A DNA stretch of 64,000 nucleotides from Entomortierella parvispora E1425. Its lineage: Eukaryota; Fungi; Mortierellomycota. This document shows positions 12,953 to 25,040 of this stretch, piece by piece. The position numbers and the translations under genes are program-made. A model generated the notes under the pieces. The model was not told where the DNA came from. It ran no database searches and worked only from the letters and a program-made list of their open reading frames with translations. How positions within the stretch are numbered: the first letter of the stretch is position 1; every line of letters starts with the position of its first letter. The stretch covers positions 372,001-436,000 of the forward strand of contig BQFW01000013.1 in assembly GCA_020891255.1 (NCBI GenBank). Direction: 5' to 3'.

Positions 12953-14297
12953 ATGGCAGCCTCCGTTCATTCATCATCCGACCACTGTGCCGACATGGAC
13001 CAAGCCATGGAGGCGGAATGCAATGTCAACAGCAACAACTATGACCTTCTACTCTCTACCCTTTCTGCTTCTTCCTCGTGCTCGAACCTGTCCGAATACC
13101 AAGATTCTCCACAGTTGTCGCGCCGGAGAAAGACAGCGTACATGACCACGACCATCATCACGACCACAACCACGACCACAACCACCACATCCGCACCTTC
13201 GTCACCTGTCACCTCTAGTAACGCGCAAGGTCACCGCGGAAGCATCAGCAGCAACTATAGCAGCGACAGTACCAGCGACCACGGACCCACTCCTAGAAGT
13301 CCGGGCGGCAGCAGGCAGGGCGGAGACCCAATCTTTCAAGCACATGCATCGCAACACCAAGAGCAGCGGCACCAGGACGATGTTTCGCTCTTGCCAGGAT
13401 TGCGCCTGGTCTCAGAGGGCCCGTACCTGTTTCTCTTTGATGTCACGATCTCGCTCTACTATCCGATCCGGGCTTTGATTCTGTTTGTCCTCGGCTTTGC
13501 ATTCTCACTCGTCATTGACCACCTGCAAACCCAACATCATCTCATCGAATACCCCAGCAATATCCCTCAGCTTTGGGACACCGCCTCGTGGCTGCCCCCA
13601 ACCTGCGGCGCCTCTGCCGTCTTGATCGGGACCATCTACCCACTTGGAGACTATCTTTGGTGGGGGAAACGCATTGACAGGAACGGTAACGACTGGTCTA
13701 GTGTGATGCGGTAAGTTCGGCCCGACGTCCATCGGACTGGTGGCACACACATACAGTCCAAAGGGATTGTTTGGTCAAACAGCTTTCTCCACAGACACTA
13801 ACCCATTTTATACCATCATTCTATGAACACAGGTGCTTGGGAGGATTTATCGGTGTCAATTACGCAGCATCCAAGTTGCCATGGACAAGTAGTCTTCAAG
13901 TCTCTTGTACATTGGCCTTGATTTCGGTTGGTCTTTGGTTCTGGTTCGACAGGACTGTCCATGGCTTTGTGATTTCACTCTTGGTGGCATCCATGGGCAC
14001 ATTAGTGGCCTACTTTCTTGTCCTAAACGGATGGTATAGGTGAGTTGAAATGATGGGTTTCTTTCTCTCTTGTAACAGACTCGGCGCCTGAGTTTCATCC
14101 CACTGCCGTTGCTGACTTTAATACCGTTTTCCTTCCATAGCTTCACCCGGGCAGACTTTTTTGGAGTAGGATCTTGGATCCCCTGTATCCTGTACTCATC
14201 GTCAGTGTGCTTTGGTAGCATTGGCAGACAGTTGGATGTTGTGCCAGAGGCTTGGTACCAACAGGACACGACCCAAATGCACCTGAAGACTGAGTAA
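12953..14297 (+). CDS. INSIG: INSIG-family ER membrane protein (Insig/Nsg1-like)
   Basis: Exons 12953-13710, 13833-14039 and 14141-14297 with GT-AG introns. Motifs WSSVMRCLGGFIGVNYAASKL and GLWFWFDRT match the INSIG family. Multiple TM segments follow a S/T-rich N-terminus. Confidence 0.9.
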
Positions 14298-14519
14298 AAC
14301 CTCATTCTTGGCACAGGCGCCAACTATATAATATACCCAGCCCATTTTATCCTTGATAATTACCCCGGTTATAATAAACTACATAATTTACAAATTATTC
14401 TGAAAAACTCATACCAAGTCACTTCACGTTTTTTTTTGTAGTCTTCGCTCCGCCCTGCCCTGCTCATCACTTCCCTTCATCATTACCCAAAAAAGGAGGA
14501 CTCTGACCCGAACATTGTC

Positions 14520-17500
14520 ATGGCAGTCAACGACATACGCGCCACAGGAAAAGTCGTGGATGCGGATGAGCTCTTCATGCGGCTCAGTGTGCCCGAGCTC
14601 AATGTCTACGAGCGGAGGACCAGGTACCGAGCAAAACGACCACTCTGCATGCAGGAAACACGTCAAGAAAAAGACGTGGACCTGAAAAGAATGCAGGCCA
14701 TGGGACAAAAGTCATGACTGACATCTGCTTGTCCTCGCTTTATTTGTGGCCTCTACTGAAACTAGGACGGACATTGAGAACAAGAAGCAGGAACTTCGGA
14801 TGATGGTCGGGTAAGAAACTGGAAGAATGAGGTTCATCTACCAGCAGGAATGACAAACAACAAATGCATGAACATCATTGAGGCGTCCTGACAATACCCT
14901 TTCTATTCTTCGTTCTAGTGAGAGATACCGGGACCTCATTGGAGCAGCTGATTGTATCGTCAGGATGAAGGAAACAGCACTTTCAGTACAAGGCAACATT
15001 TCAAAGATGCGGAACTCTTGCGATATCCATGCCTTGAAGCGATCCGTGGCGACAAAGACCATGAAGGAACAGACAGGCGCCGTGGGTAAGGAGGGGAGGA
15101 TAGGCAAGAAATGGAGGATGCCCACTTCGTTCATAGAAGGCGAGGGAACCGAGCAATCGACAATGATTTAATGCGATTCTGGACGCCATTATCTCCACTT
15201 TAGATGATATGAAAAAGTCGCTTTACACGTCGGCGGCACAAATCAAACTTCTTGCGGACGCGCCTGAGCAGGTAGGACTTCTTGGATGCTGCCGCACGTA
15301 TGGACAAAAAACCCCAGTGGGGCAACATTTCTTTTTTGTATCTAACCAAGAGGCTATGCGGATAGATCTGGCGAAACATGGAGAGCAACCACTTTTTGAC
15401 TGCAAGTAGAGTTTACCTTCTCAGCAAAGCCATTTACAAAAACTTGGATGCCGATGCAAACGAGGAGACCAAGAGGTCTGTCAAGGTTATGGTAAGAACT
15501 CGCGGATTTTTTCGTTTTCCCAAACCGGACCGGTTTCGTAACTGCAGCATCATCCACAGTATATTAATTTACGATTGCCTGTCTATAGGAAACATTCCCT
15601 GTTGTTGCGAGACAATGGGATGCTGTTAGTCACTTCAAAGCTCAGATCCTTCAAAAGAGCACACGACATCTCAAGCTGACAAAAGGATCAAACTCGGTTA
15701 GTTGTCAAATGAGAAAGCTATGCAGAGGAATGTGGCTCTCGACTTTTCAATTTCAGCCGACTGACTATCGTCTGTCAATGAATGCTATAGGATGTTGTCG
15801 AGACCATGTGCGCCATCATGTTGCTGGACGACGTGACGATCAAGGATATGTTCCGACTTCTTTTGACTCAAAGACAATCTGCTATCAAGGAGGCTCTTGA
15901 ATCCAGGGATGGCAACAGTGGCGATCATATCCTGTACGCTATGGAAGTCCTTCAATCGACCTTGTTCCATGTAGCTGGTGTGTTTTTGGAACCGGAGCAG
16001 GATCAGGTCTCTCCTTTTGAACGTCATCTCAAGAGCTTGAAGCATACCTTCACGAGCCCTTCCCCCATCAGGACCGGATCTCCTTCTGCTTCCTCTTTCA
16101 AGGACGAATTCTCGTCCGCCATCCTCCAGTCGTCGGCTCCCGTGAGCCTTTCAGCCTCTGTCATTCCGAAATTATACCCGACCACACCCAATGTCCACTT
16201 GTTGGTTCGCTACCTGCCAGAGTCTATTCAGAATTTTACGCCGACTCTTCAGCTGGAGGGGAGCAGAGCCCAGTTTTCACAAAAGGAGGTCTTTGATGGT
16301 ATTCGTCTCTGGATGGAGGATATTCGCGTCATGTTCAGTGGTGCCCTGGAGCTACTACTTCAGCAGGTGGAGACAAGTGCAGAGATGGTTCAGATTCGTG
16401 CCCGCGTTTGGGCCGCTTTACAACAGGATGAGTATGCGCTGACCTCTAAATCAACCAAAAGCCCTTGGAACGACGTTTGCCGGCTGTTACTCGGAAAGAC
16501 TGTCAGTCTCTGGAACGAAATCTTGCGCGCAGGGTTCAGTAGAGCAATTCAGGATATTATTGTCTTTTCACTCGAGGAACTTTCACAGCAACCCGAGAAG
16601 GTATTACGGCAACGACTTGGAGAGCTGGATGATGAGGACGATCCCAACCACGATCTGGGCCGATTCGTGTGGCATGACTCTGCAGTCACCAAGGGTGCTT
16701 CCTTGCCCAGCGCTACTGAGCCTCTGATTCAGCGGATTCGAGAATATGTTGGGGGCAAGACCGATTTGGTGGCGCAGGCTACAAAAGTCTTTGAGGAGAA
16801 ATTGGCAGCGATCCGGTCTGATGCCGAACGGGCACTGGTCTATAACAAGGAGATAGCCTTTGGAAAGGTCCAAGACGCGGATGAGGACGATCATGACCGC
16901 GAGGAATCTCTGGACCTCTTTGGGGCAAGGACGGACATCTCGCAGATTACAGAATTCTATCAGGGTCAGTTCGTGGAGTGCATCAAAGCTTACACTTTTG
17001 GATTGGAGCGACTGGTCCAGGACGCTGTGCGTAAACCCGAGAAAGCCCGTCTCACTATCTCAGCCATGGATCGTGCCATGACTATTGGCCGGATCGCCTC
17101 CAGTATTGGGTCCATGGGCGATGCCCTCCAACGAGCTATGGTGCCGCCAAGGGATCGATCTTCCGCTTCTACTTTTGCCCGGACTCGTGCCCAAAAGGCG
17201 AACGTGGAGAGTCAAGTTCAGGGACTTGTTCTGGGACTCCAAAAGGTCTACCTGTTGTCTCATGAGTCGTGGATCTCGAGTGTCGAATGGACTTTTACAC
17301 GCGGTATTCGACACTATCTCCAATATTCCTCTTGGACGGATCTTGCGACTCTCTCATGGGAACCTATTCCCAGCGCCAACGCCGTACCTTCGCCAAAGTC
17401 TTCTAGCATGTCTAAAGAGTCTTCCAGACCCTCTTCAACCTCGTCTAGCACTGCAGGAGAGGAATCCAAGACACTGCTGCCTTTCCATGGCTCGACCCTG

Positions 17501-18250
17501 CTGATGACTGCGTTGCACCAGGTTGTACAGGAGATGCACAGAGTCGGCACTGGCTTTATGAGGCCCGAGTTGGTGCGAGTTCTGTCCGCAAAGTTGGCAC
17601 GAGTGACCTTCACGACGGTGGAGCAGTTCTTGAAGGAGGTTGTGGTGGTTTCAGAAGAGGCCCAGGAGCAGCCTTCAACAGCAAACGCGACAAGGACTCT
17701 TTTGTCTGAAAAAGGAGCTTTGCAGCTGTTGTTTGACGTCAAGTTTTTGAACATTGTATTCCAGCCCAGTCAGGATAAAGAGGAGGTGGATCAGGGACTG
17801 AAGAAGCTTGTCCTGTCCGTCATGAATACCATCAAGGGACATGTAACGTGAAGCAGGCAATCTTTACGTGTCATGGTCTGTTTTGGGAATGTCAAAACTA
17901 ATGTTTCTTTTCTGATGTGTATTTTGTAGATCGATCCTATCAACGTTGCTGTTTTTGACAAACCTTTGGATATTAATGCCGATCGCCAGTATAGCCGGGT
18001 GGCTGTGCTCTTGGGATTGCTGGTCCAATTGAATCCTGTGGAAAGGTAAAGTTCGAAACGTCGACTTTGCTGTTGAGAGTTTTTTTTTTTTATCAACTCC
18101 TAACAAACATCTTTGCTCGTCTGACCCTATAATAGCAAGCGAAAGGTCAATGTTGTAGAAAAGTCCCCACATGTGTTTGCTATGCCGCCTTTGACGGCCC
18201 GATTCACGCTGCTGCCGATTGGACAGAAAATGACGGGCAGAGTCCTTTAG
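14520..18250 (+). CDS. COG1: Conserved oligomeric Golgi complex subunit 1 (Vps51/Cog1 family), multi-exon
   Basis: N-terminal DADELF..RTDIENKKQELRMMVGERYRDLIGAADCI; IKLLADAPEQIW; large exon inside ORF 15806-17851 with GALQLLFDVKFL; IDPIN..; last exon ARFTLLPI..RVL* ending at 18250. Confidence 0.87.
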
Positions 18251-18673
18251 AGAGGCAGTCAAGGAATCACAAAAATAATAAATCAAGCGAGCGACTGATG
18301 ATACAGAGGCGACCAGCTGGGGCCATGCGGACAAAAATATTGGAGGGCTAGGGTAGCTCGAGTGGAAGAAAAGACAGGGAGAAGGGAAACGAGAAGAACA
18401 ATTGCAATCGCGTGGTCTGTGTTGCGAGGCAGAGCAGGCTAGGGCAGTCCAGGGAAGACTACGGCAGACAGGGGTCTTTCTGCCCGTATGATTGGCTGGA
18501 ACATCGGCCCCTTCCCTGTGACACAGGCGCACAGATCCGAGACTGTGACTAAGGTGACTTTCATGTGCAGAGATAACAACGTTTCTCGTTCTTTACATCG
18601 TGGACCATCGCTCTTCATTGCTGCTCATGACTCATCCCCATCTCCACATTCACATCACCCTATACAGTCCAGC

Positions 18674-20689
18674 ATGAGCGTCTCCATCTCCTCTCCCCCG
18701 ACCACAGCACTCAAACCCGTACCTACGCTTCCCCCTAGCGAAAACAAGGCCAACCAGAAAAAGTTTCATGGGTTCGTCGCTGGAGTTACTTCGGGCGTCA
18801 CCAAACTGGTGGTCGGCCATCCCTTCGGTAAGTGGACGGATGTTAAAGACAAAAGGGCTCTTTGCACCCATGTCTCCTGTCCTGTCAGTGACAAGCCATT
18901 CGCTGTTCCTGCTCCCCCTTCCCCCGTATCTGTCCCCGCCCTCAATGGCGACTTTTTCACTATTGAGCCCTGACGGTTGGATTCTGATTGTCCATTGTTT
19001 GTTACAATATTTCCTTAGATACAATCAAAGTCCGTATGCAGGTAACCCAAACAACAATCATCGCCTCCTTTCCTTTTTTCTCTCACTCTCCTCTCACTCT
19101 CCCTCATCTTGCCCTTATCGAACCTCCAGCTCAGTTTTTCTCACTATCCTACTCTTTCCGTGGGGACAATCTGTCAACCATTCCAATTAGACCTCAGGAG
19201 CAGATCGATTCAGAGGACCATGGCATTGCCTTACAGAAACGATCCGAAAGGAAGGTCCTCGTGCTCTCTACAAGGGTAAAGTTAGTTCCAAGGGAAACAG
19301 GAATTGTTGATGCGTTTTGCTCCTGGCTTCCATACGTCCTATCCGCACGCGTTCTGTCACCTTCTCTAACTTGATGGAACCCATTTCAACCCTCTTCCTG
19401 ATGATGCTCCAAAAAAAATACTAGGTGCCACACCTCCCTTGATTGGATGGGCGTTCATGGATAGTGTCATGTATGCAGTGACTCAGATGACTGTTTTGTT
19501 GTGACCCTGATCTCCTGCATCGTGTCCATGTTCTGAGCAAAAACCACTCTTTACTCATCACAAAGTGTACAAATTGTATCTTTTTATTATTCCTTTTCGA
19601 CATTGCACATGTACTAGGTTGGGATCTTTGTCGTATTACCGCTTGATCCTGCAAGGAGGTGATCCCAATGTCCGACTGACGCCTTTCTGGAGTGGAGTAG
19701 CCGGCATTGGCGCTGGAGTCACTGTGTCATTCATTGCTGCACCCATTGAACATATCAAAGCGCGTCTTCAGATTCAATACGATGCAAAGACAAAGCTCTA
19801 TGCTGGTCCAATTGATTGTGCACGGCAATTGGTAAAGACGCGACTCATGATTTCCTGTCTGGATGATGCTCGAGAGGAACTCCTAGAAACAGTCTTCTTA
19901 CTCCACCTTCGCCCTTTTTTGTTTTTTTTTTTCATTTTCGATATCTAGGTACGGAACAATGGAGTTACAGGACTGTGGAAAGGCTTGTCAGCAACCCTGT
20001 GGTTCCGGAGTTGGTTCTTCATGTGGTGGTGCAGTTATGAGGTAACCCCCCCCCCCCCTCTTCCTGCCCTGATCTTTGCAAAGGATGTCTGTGGATGCCA
20101 TGGTGAAGTTTTATTATTATTCACCGCTGGATGTTTTTTTTACCTTTTGGGTGAACTTTTAGATCTATGCCACGCAGATGAGAAAATATACCAACATGTC
20201 GGAAGCAGCCGTCAATTTCTGGGCGGGTGGATTAGGAGCCAACACGTTTTGGGTGTTTGCTTTCCCTTGTGGTAAGAAGACGTTTGAGCAATGTTCAGAA
20301 GAGGCGGATGAGAAGAGGAGATCACGACAAAAAAGAGAACAGAAGTTAAAAGAATCATGTTTTCTATGTCATTTAGATGTGGTCAAGAACAAGATCATGA
20401 CGCAACCCGATGTCAAAAACCCGCCCTTCCCTTCCATGGTCAGTTGCTTCAAACACATTTACAGGACGGATGGACTCAAAGGATTCTACAGAGGTAAGAC
20501 ACACCCACTCTGGTTTTTGTTTTTTGCAAGGACAGAACTCGCCAAAAAAAATGAAGATAAAAGACATATTAATGGCGTATTGTTCATGTAGGTTTCTTGC
20601 CATGCTTGCTTCGTGCTTTCCCAACGAATGCCTGTGCCCTTACATCCTTCGAATTGACGATGCGTTGGCTCCGGAAGATTGATGAATAA
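18674..20689 (+). CDS. Mitochondrial carrier family protein (SLC25; Ymc1/Crc1/Ort1-like amino-acid or carnitine carrier)
   Basis: Three PX[D/E]XX[K/R] signatures after splicing: HPF|DTIKVRMQ, APIEHIKARLQ and FPC|DVVKNKIM. Also YKG|ATPPL and FYR|GFLPCLLRAFPTNA. The start ATG at 18674 is inferred; upstream in-frame ATGs exist. Confidence 0.88.
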
Positions 20690-21106
20690 GATTGTCCTCT
20701 TGATTGACCCTCTTACCTCCAGCACCAAACCCCATTTGCCTCGTTATCTGCCCAATAAGGGTTGCGCCAGGGACCCATGCTTCTGACCAAAGAAGTGTCT
20801 ATAGACTCAAGACCTAGAAGCACTCAATACCCCCCTTCTCCCATCTCTCCACTCCACTTATAAACATTAAACAATTTTTTCTCAGAAAAAGCGAGATGGG
20901 AAGAGATTTGAGAACGAATTTTTATTATTTTTTTGCATGTCGTTTACCGTGCTTCTGGAGATAAGATTAGAAAGAAGAAAAATAGCAAACACGAAAGGAA
21001 TAGACAAAAAATTAGCTTTGCCTTTAGATGATCAAGTTTTTTTTGGTGGTGGTGGTGGTGGTTGTTTTGTTTTGAAGGGGAGCGAGCACAATGGATATAG
21101 CCAGTA

Positions 21107-24100
21107 TTAGCGTCTGGCCGCGTACATCTGTTGATGGGGGTGAGCGGGATATGGGTCATTAGGTAGGTACCCAAACGCTTGAGAGGGTCCCATGTAGTAT
21201 CCTTGCTGTGGTTGCATGGACTGTTGCTGCTTTTCGATGAAAGCGTGCGACTGAGGCGGGCTCATCATCTGCTGTTGCTGCATGGCGTAGTTCTGTTGAG
21301 ATTGCTGTTGCAGAAAGTTCCCTCCATTGTACTCTACAGCCGGCTGATATCCTCCATTCGGCATGCGGACATAATCCATGGATGCTCGACTCCGGGCCGC
21401 CGCTTGTTGCTGTTGTTGCTGTTGTTGTTGCAGTTGCAGTTGTTGCTGCTGGTTAGGTGGTTGATTTTGTGGCTGGGGTTGTTGCTGCAGCTGTTGTTGT
21501 GCCTGACGAGGCGAGTCCATCCGGATGGGTGTCTTTTGAGATTGATGCCGAACACGCATCGACTGAGCTCGTCGTGGTCCCGGATGCAGCAGTGTCGTTG
21601 GTGGAATAGGGTATGGCGATGGAACCGGGGATCCATTGGCGGTGTTGTTGATGTTACCATTGACGTTCCCTTGCTTTGGTCCAGCTGACTGAACATATCC
21701 TCCGTTAGGTACCACAACGGCGCGACGAACCATCATTGGCCCCCCTCCACCCATGCCTCCCGAGCCAGGTCCCCCTGATACTGGCATCACGCGCTCGATG
21801 GAATAACTGTGTTGATGACCCAGAGCAGTCGACACAACAGGCGGGGCAGGGAACTGGTAACTCATTGGAATAGGGCCACCATAAGGAGATTGCTGCTGCT
21901 GTTGCTGCTGCTGTGGGGTATAAGCCATGTGCGAGGGGATGTTGGTGGGCCCCTGTATTGGCTGATACATACCATGGGCAAGATAAGACACATTGCTGAT
22001 GGGTGTGATCATGGCATCCTCTGGGTACTCAACTCCATTCGACGAGATAAATGTGTTGAGCTTGGGAGGCAGGATTTGTCCTCGGGCGCTACCTCTCCGA
22101 CTGAGGATAATGGGTTGATCATCATCATCTGAAGACTCTTCATCGTTTTCGTTGCTGCCTTGCGCACTGAGCGCTACGGATGAAGTAGAAGGCACGCTGG
22201 AGTCCTTGGTGTCGGTCGAGGAATCCAACAGAGTCGTCTCTTGATCCTCTGTAGTAGAGCCGGGAGACGACAGGTTGCAATTTTCCGCGTCTTCAGCTTG
22301 ATTAACAGCAAGCACTTCGACAACCTTGGAAGGATCGTCCGATTTTGTGCTGGATTTGGCACAATCTGACACTTGAGACTGAAGATCTTCATGTGAGTCG
22401 TCAAAGGGGAGATCACAAGTGCTTTCGCCAGTGCCACCATACCCACTATCACTCAGCAAGGTCTTTTGGGTCGACATGCTCGATAAGTGGTAGTGTTCGG
22501 TGCCCCAGGAGTCCTCTGAGATGCGTGCAGTTGAGCTAGTCGTGCTTTGCTGTCGAGAGCTGCGGCGTGGCGACGCATTCTGGTCGATATGACCCATTGA
22601 AGGACCGGAAACCTCGGAGCTCGCTGAGCTACCTAGGTCACGCGAATGCCCGTGGATATGGGACATTGGTCCCATCAGGCCAGGGTAGGCTCCACCATGC
22701 ACCATGGGATAACCGGGGCCAATTGGAACGGCTGTGGGCAGGTTGTACATATAACTAGACATGCTGTTCATGCCCTGGTGTCCATACTGCATGACACCGC
22801 CCATAGTATGAGAGGGAATGCCCTGGTTGTAATACATCTGCTGAGACTGAAGACGATAGTCATCCATGGCGTACATCATGTTGGGGTCCATTCCATACTG
22901 CATGTTGTAGGCAAGGGGGACTGGTTGTTGCATTTGTTGTTGCTGTTGATGCAAGCGTCCATACTCGTCCATGTAGTCCTCGTAATAGTCATCCATAGCC
23001 GCAGCCTGTGCGCCTGCCAGGACCGCACGGTGCCTATCCTTCATCCGATCAATGACTGCCTCATGGTTCACCTCCACAGACTTTGGTGGCCAATTGGAGT
23101 CACTACCCCGATGGCTCTTGGTGATCATGGGGTCAACCCCTTTGCCCTCAGGGTCAAGAAGCTGCTGCTCTTCCAATTGTTGTTGAAGGGCGGCCTGCTG
23201 CTGTTGCTGCAGGAGTCTCTGCTGCAGTTGTCGCTGTTTCCGGGGCGAAAGCTCCTCGTCGTCTGAATTCTCGGCTTCGGAAGAATCGCTGCCTTCGTCA
23301 TCGCTCGGCAGCTGGGCATTCGCCTTCTTAGAAACTTCTCGGAGTTTAGCAGCAGCTTCGGCCTTTTCTTCAGCCTCCTTGGACAGGATGCTGCCCCGCA
23401 GAAGTGACGACGTCGTGGTATTCTTGTTGTTATTGGACGAGTCTTTTGTGGATGTTGTTGCTGTAGACTTTTGCTGCGGCTGCTGTTGTTTCTGTTGTTG
23501 CTGCTGCTGTTGTTGTTGTTGTTGTTGTTGTGATTTCAAGAATGCATTATCCTTGAAGGCACTGTTCTGGCCCAGCTTGCCCACGGATTTGATTTGGCCG
23601 TTGCTGGGTGGAGGGGTCGAGCTTAAATTAGTGTTGTTGGGGGCATCTCCCAGGGATGATGGTTTTGCAGATGCTGAGGGAGCGTCTGCATTCTCGGGGG
23701 GCCCCAGATCCAGTTGCCGAGAGAGGTCAAAAGAAAGTCCCAGGTCTGGAATGCGGAGGAGCACATGGCAGGCGCGGAACCAAAAAGGAGGTGGGGAACC
23801 AGAGATGGGGGAAATGGAAGAATGAGGAGGGACGGGGAGGACACCGGGCGAGAGAGGAGAGATAGACAGAATGAAATCAAGGGTTGGAGTCAGACCTTTT
23901 CGCGTTTCTCTGCTTCTGTGCAACCATGCATATTCAGGCAAGCCTGTTCTTTGGTGAGAAAGAGATCTTACCGGTGAAGTCCTTGGGAAGACGCTGCTTT
24001 GGCTGGGGAGTATCAGGCGTCGTCCCTGCAAGCTCGTCCATGATGTCATCCATCAATGACAGCGACAAAGGAGCAGTTGAGGGTGCAGCCAGATTGTGGC

Positions 24101-24266
24101 TGTCTGTCCTGATGTTGAGCGACAGTGGAAGCGCATCTACAGACGCACCAGAGACTGAGGAAGAACAGGCCCTGTTGCTCTGCATGCCACTGGACAGGGA
24201 CGAGATGTTGTCGCCCCTTGACTTTTTCTTCTTAAGTAGACTCGTGAGTTTTCCCATGGTGCTCAT
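21107..24266 (-). CDS. Uncharacterised ~1000-aa low-complexity protein (Q/M/Y/P/S-rich)
   Basis: Exon 1 (24266 or 24257 to 23972) joins through GTAAG..CAG intron 23971-23746 in frame to the long ORF ending at 21107. No domain recognised. Confidence 0.75.
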
Positions 24267-24925
24267 GGAATGGGGATAGAGTCAAAGGAAGGGGAGAGGG
24301 AGGGTTCTGGTAGTCGCAATGGACGTAAGGAGAGGGGTGTGGACTCGGGACAGGGCACGGTGGGGTGGAATATAAACGAATCGCGCGATCTACGTGGTTT
24401 TCAGGGAATACGTGCGCGGGAGGGCAGCAGGGCTATTTGGTCTAGAGAGCTACGTGGACATGGATCCGAACAAGAGTGAAAAGATGGGGAAATAAGAGGG
24501 AAAGAGAAGAGGGAAAGAGAGGATAAATATAAAGTGTTCGGGTCAGATTGAGAGCACACGCGTCTGTGTTCCTGGAGTGGTTGTTAAACAGTATAGTAGA
24601 GACAGAGAAAGGACGACGAGGCAGGAGATGAAAAAGAGCACCATGTACTTCCCCCCAGGGAAGACCAGGCTCGTGGGACAAAGTGGTTTTCTGTTTTGTC
24701 CTTGGCACGTTGGAGAGCGACCGAGAGAGCGATGAGCAACGAGAGGGTGGGAAGAGGTGTAATGAATGAGGGAGAAGGTGGGGGGAATGAGCGAATGAGG
24801 ACAATGAGGGACGGCAACGCAGGAGAACGAGGAGACAGCACTGACAGAGACGGATGGACAGAGGCAGAGAAGCAGACAGAGAAGCAGACAAAGAAACAGA
24901 CAGACGGGAGACAAGGAGGGGGGAG

Positions 24926-24968
24926 CACACAAAGCAGGAGATGGAGAGGGAGGGAAGGAGGGACAAAT

Positions 24969-24999
<31 letters not shown>

Positions 25000-25040
25000 G
25001 ACACACAGACAGACAGACAGAAGACAGACAGAAAGAGAGC
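24926..25040. repeat. (GA)n and (GACA)n microsatellite block
   Basis: agagagag.. run at ~24968-24993 with adjacent cagacagacaga units. Confidence 0.8.
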
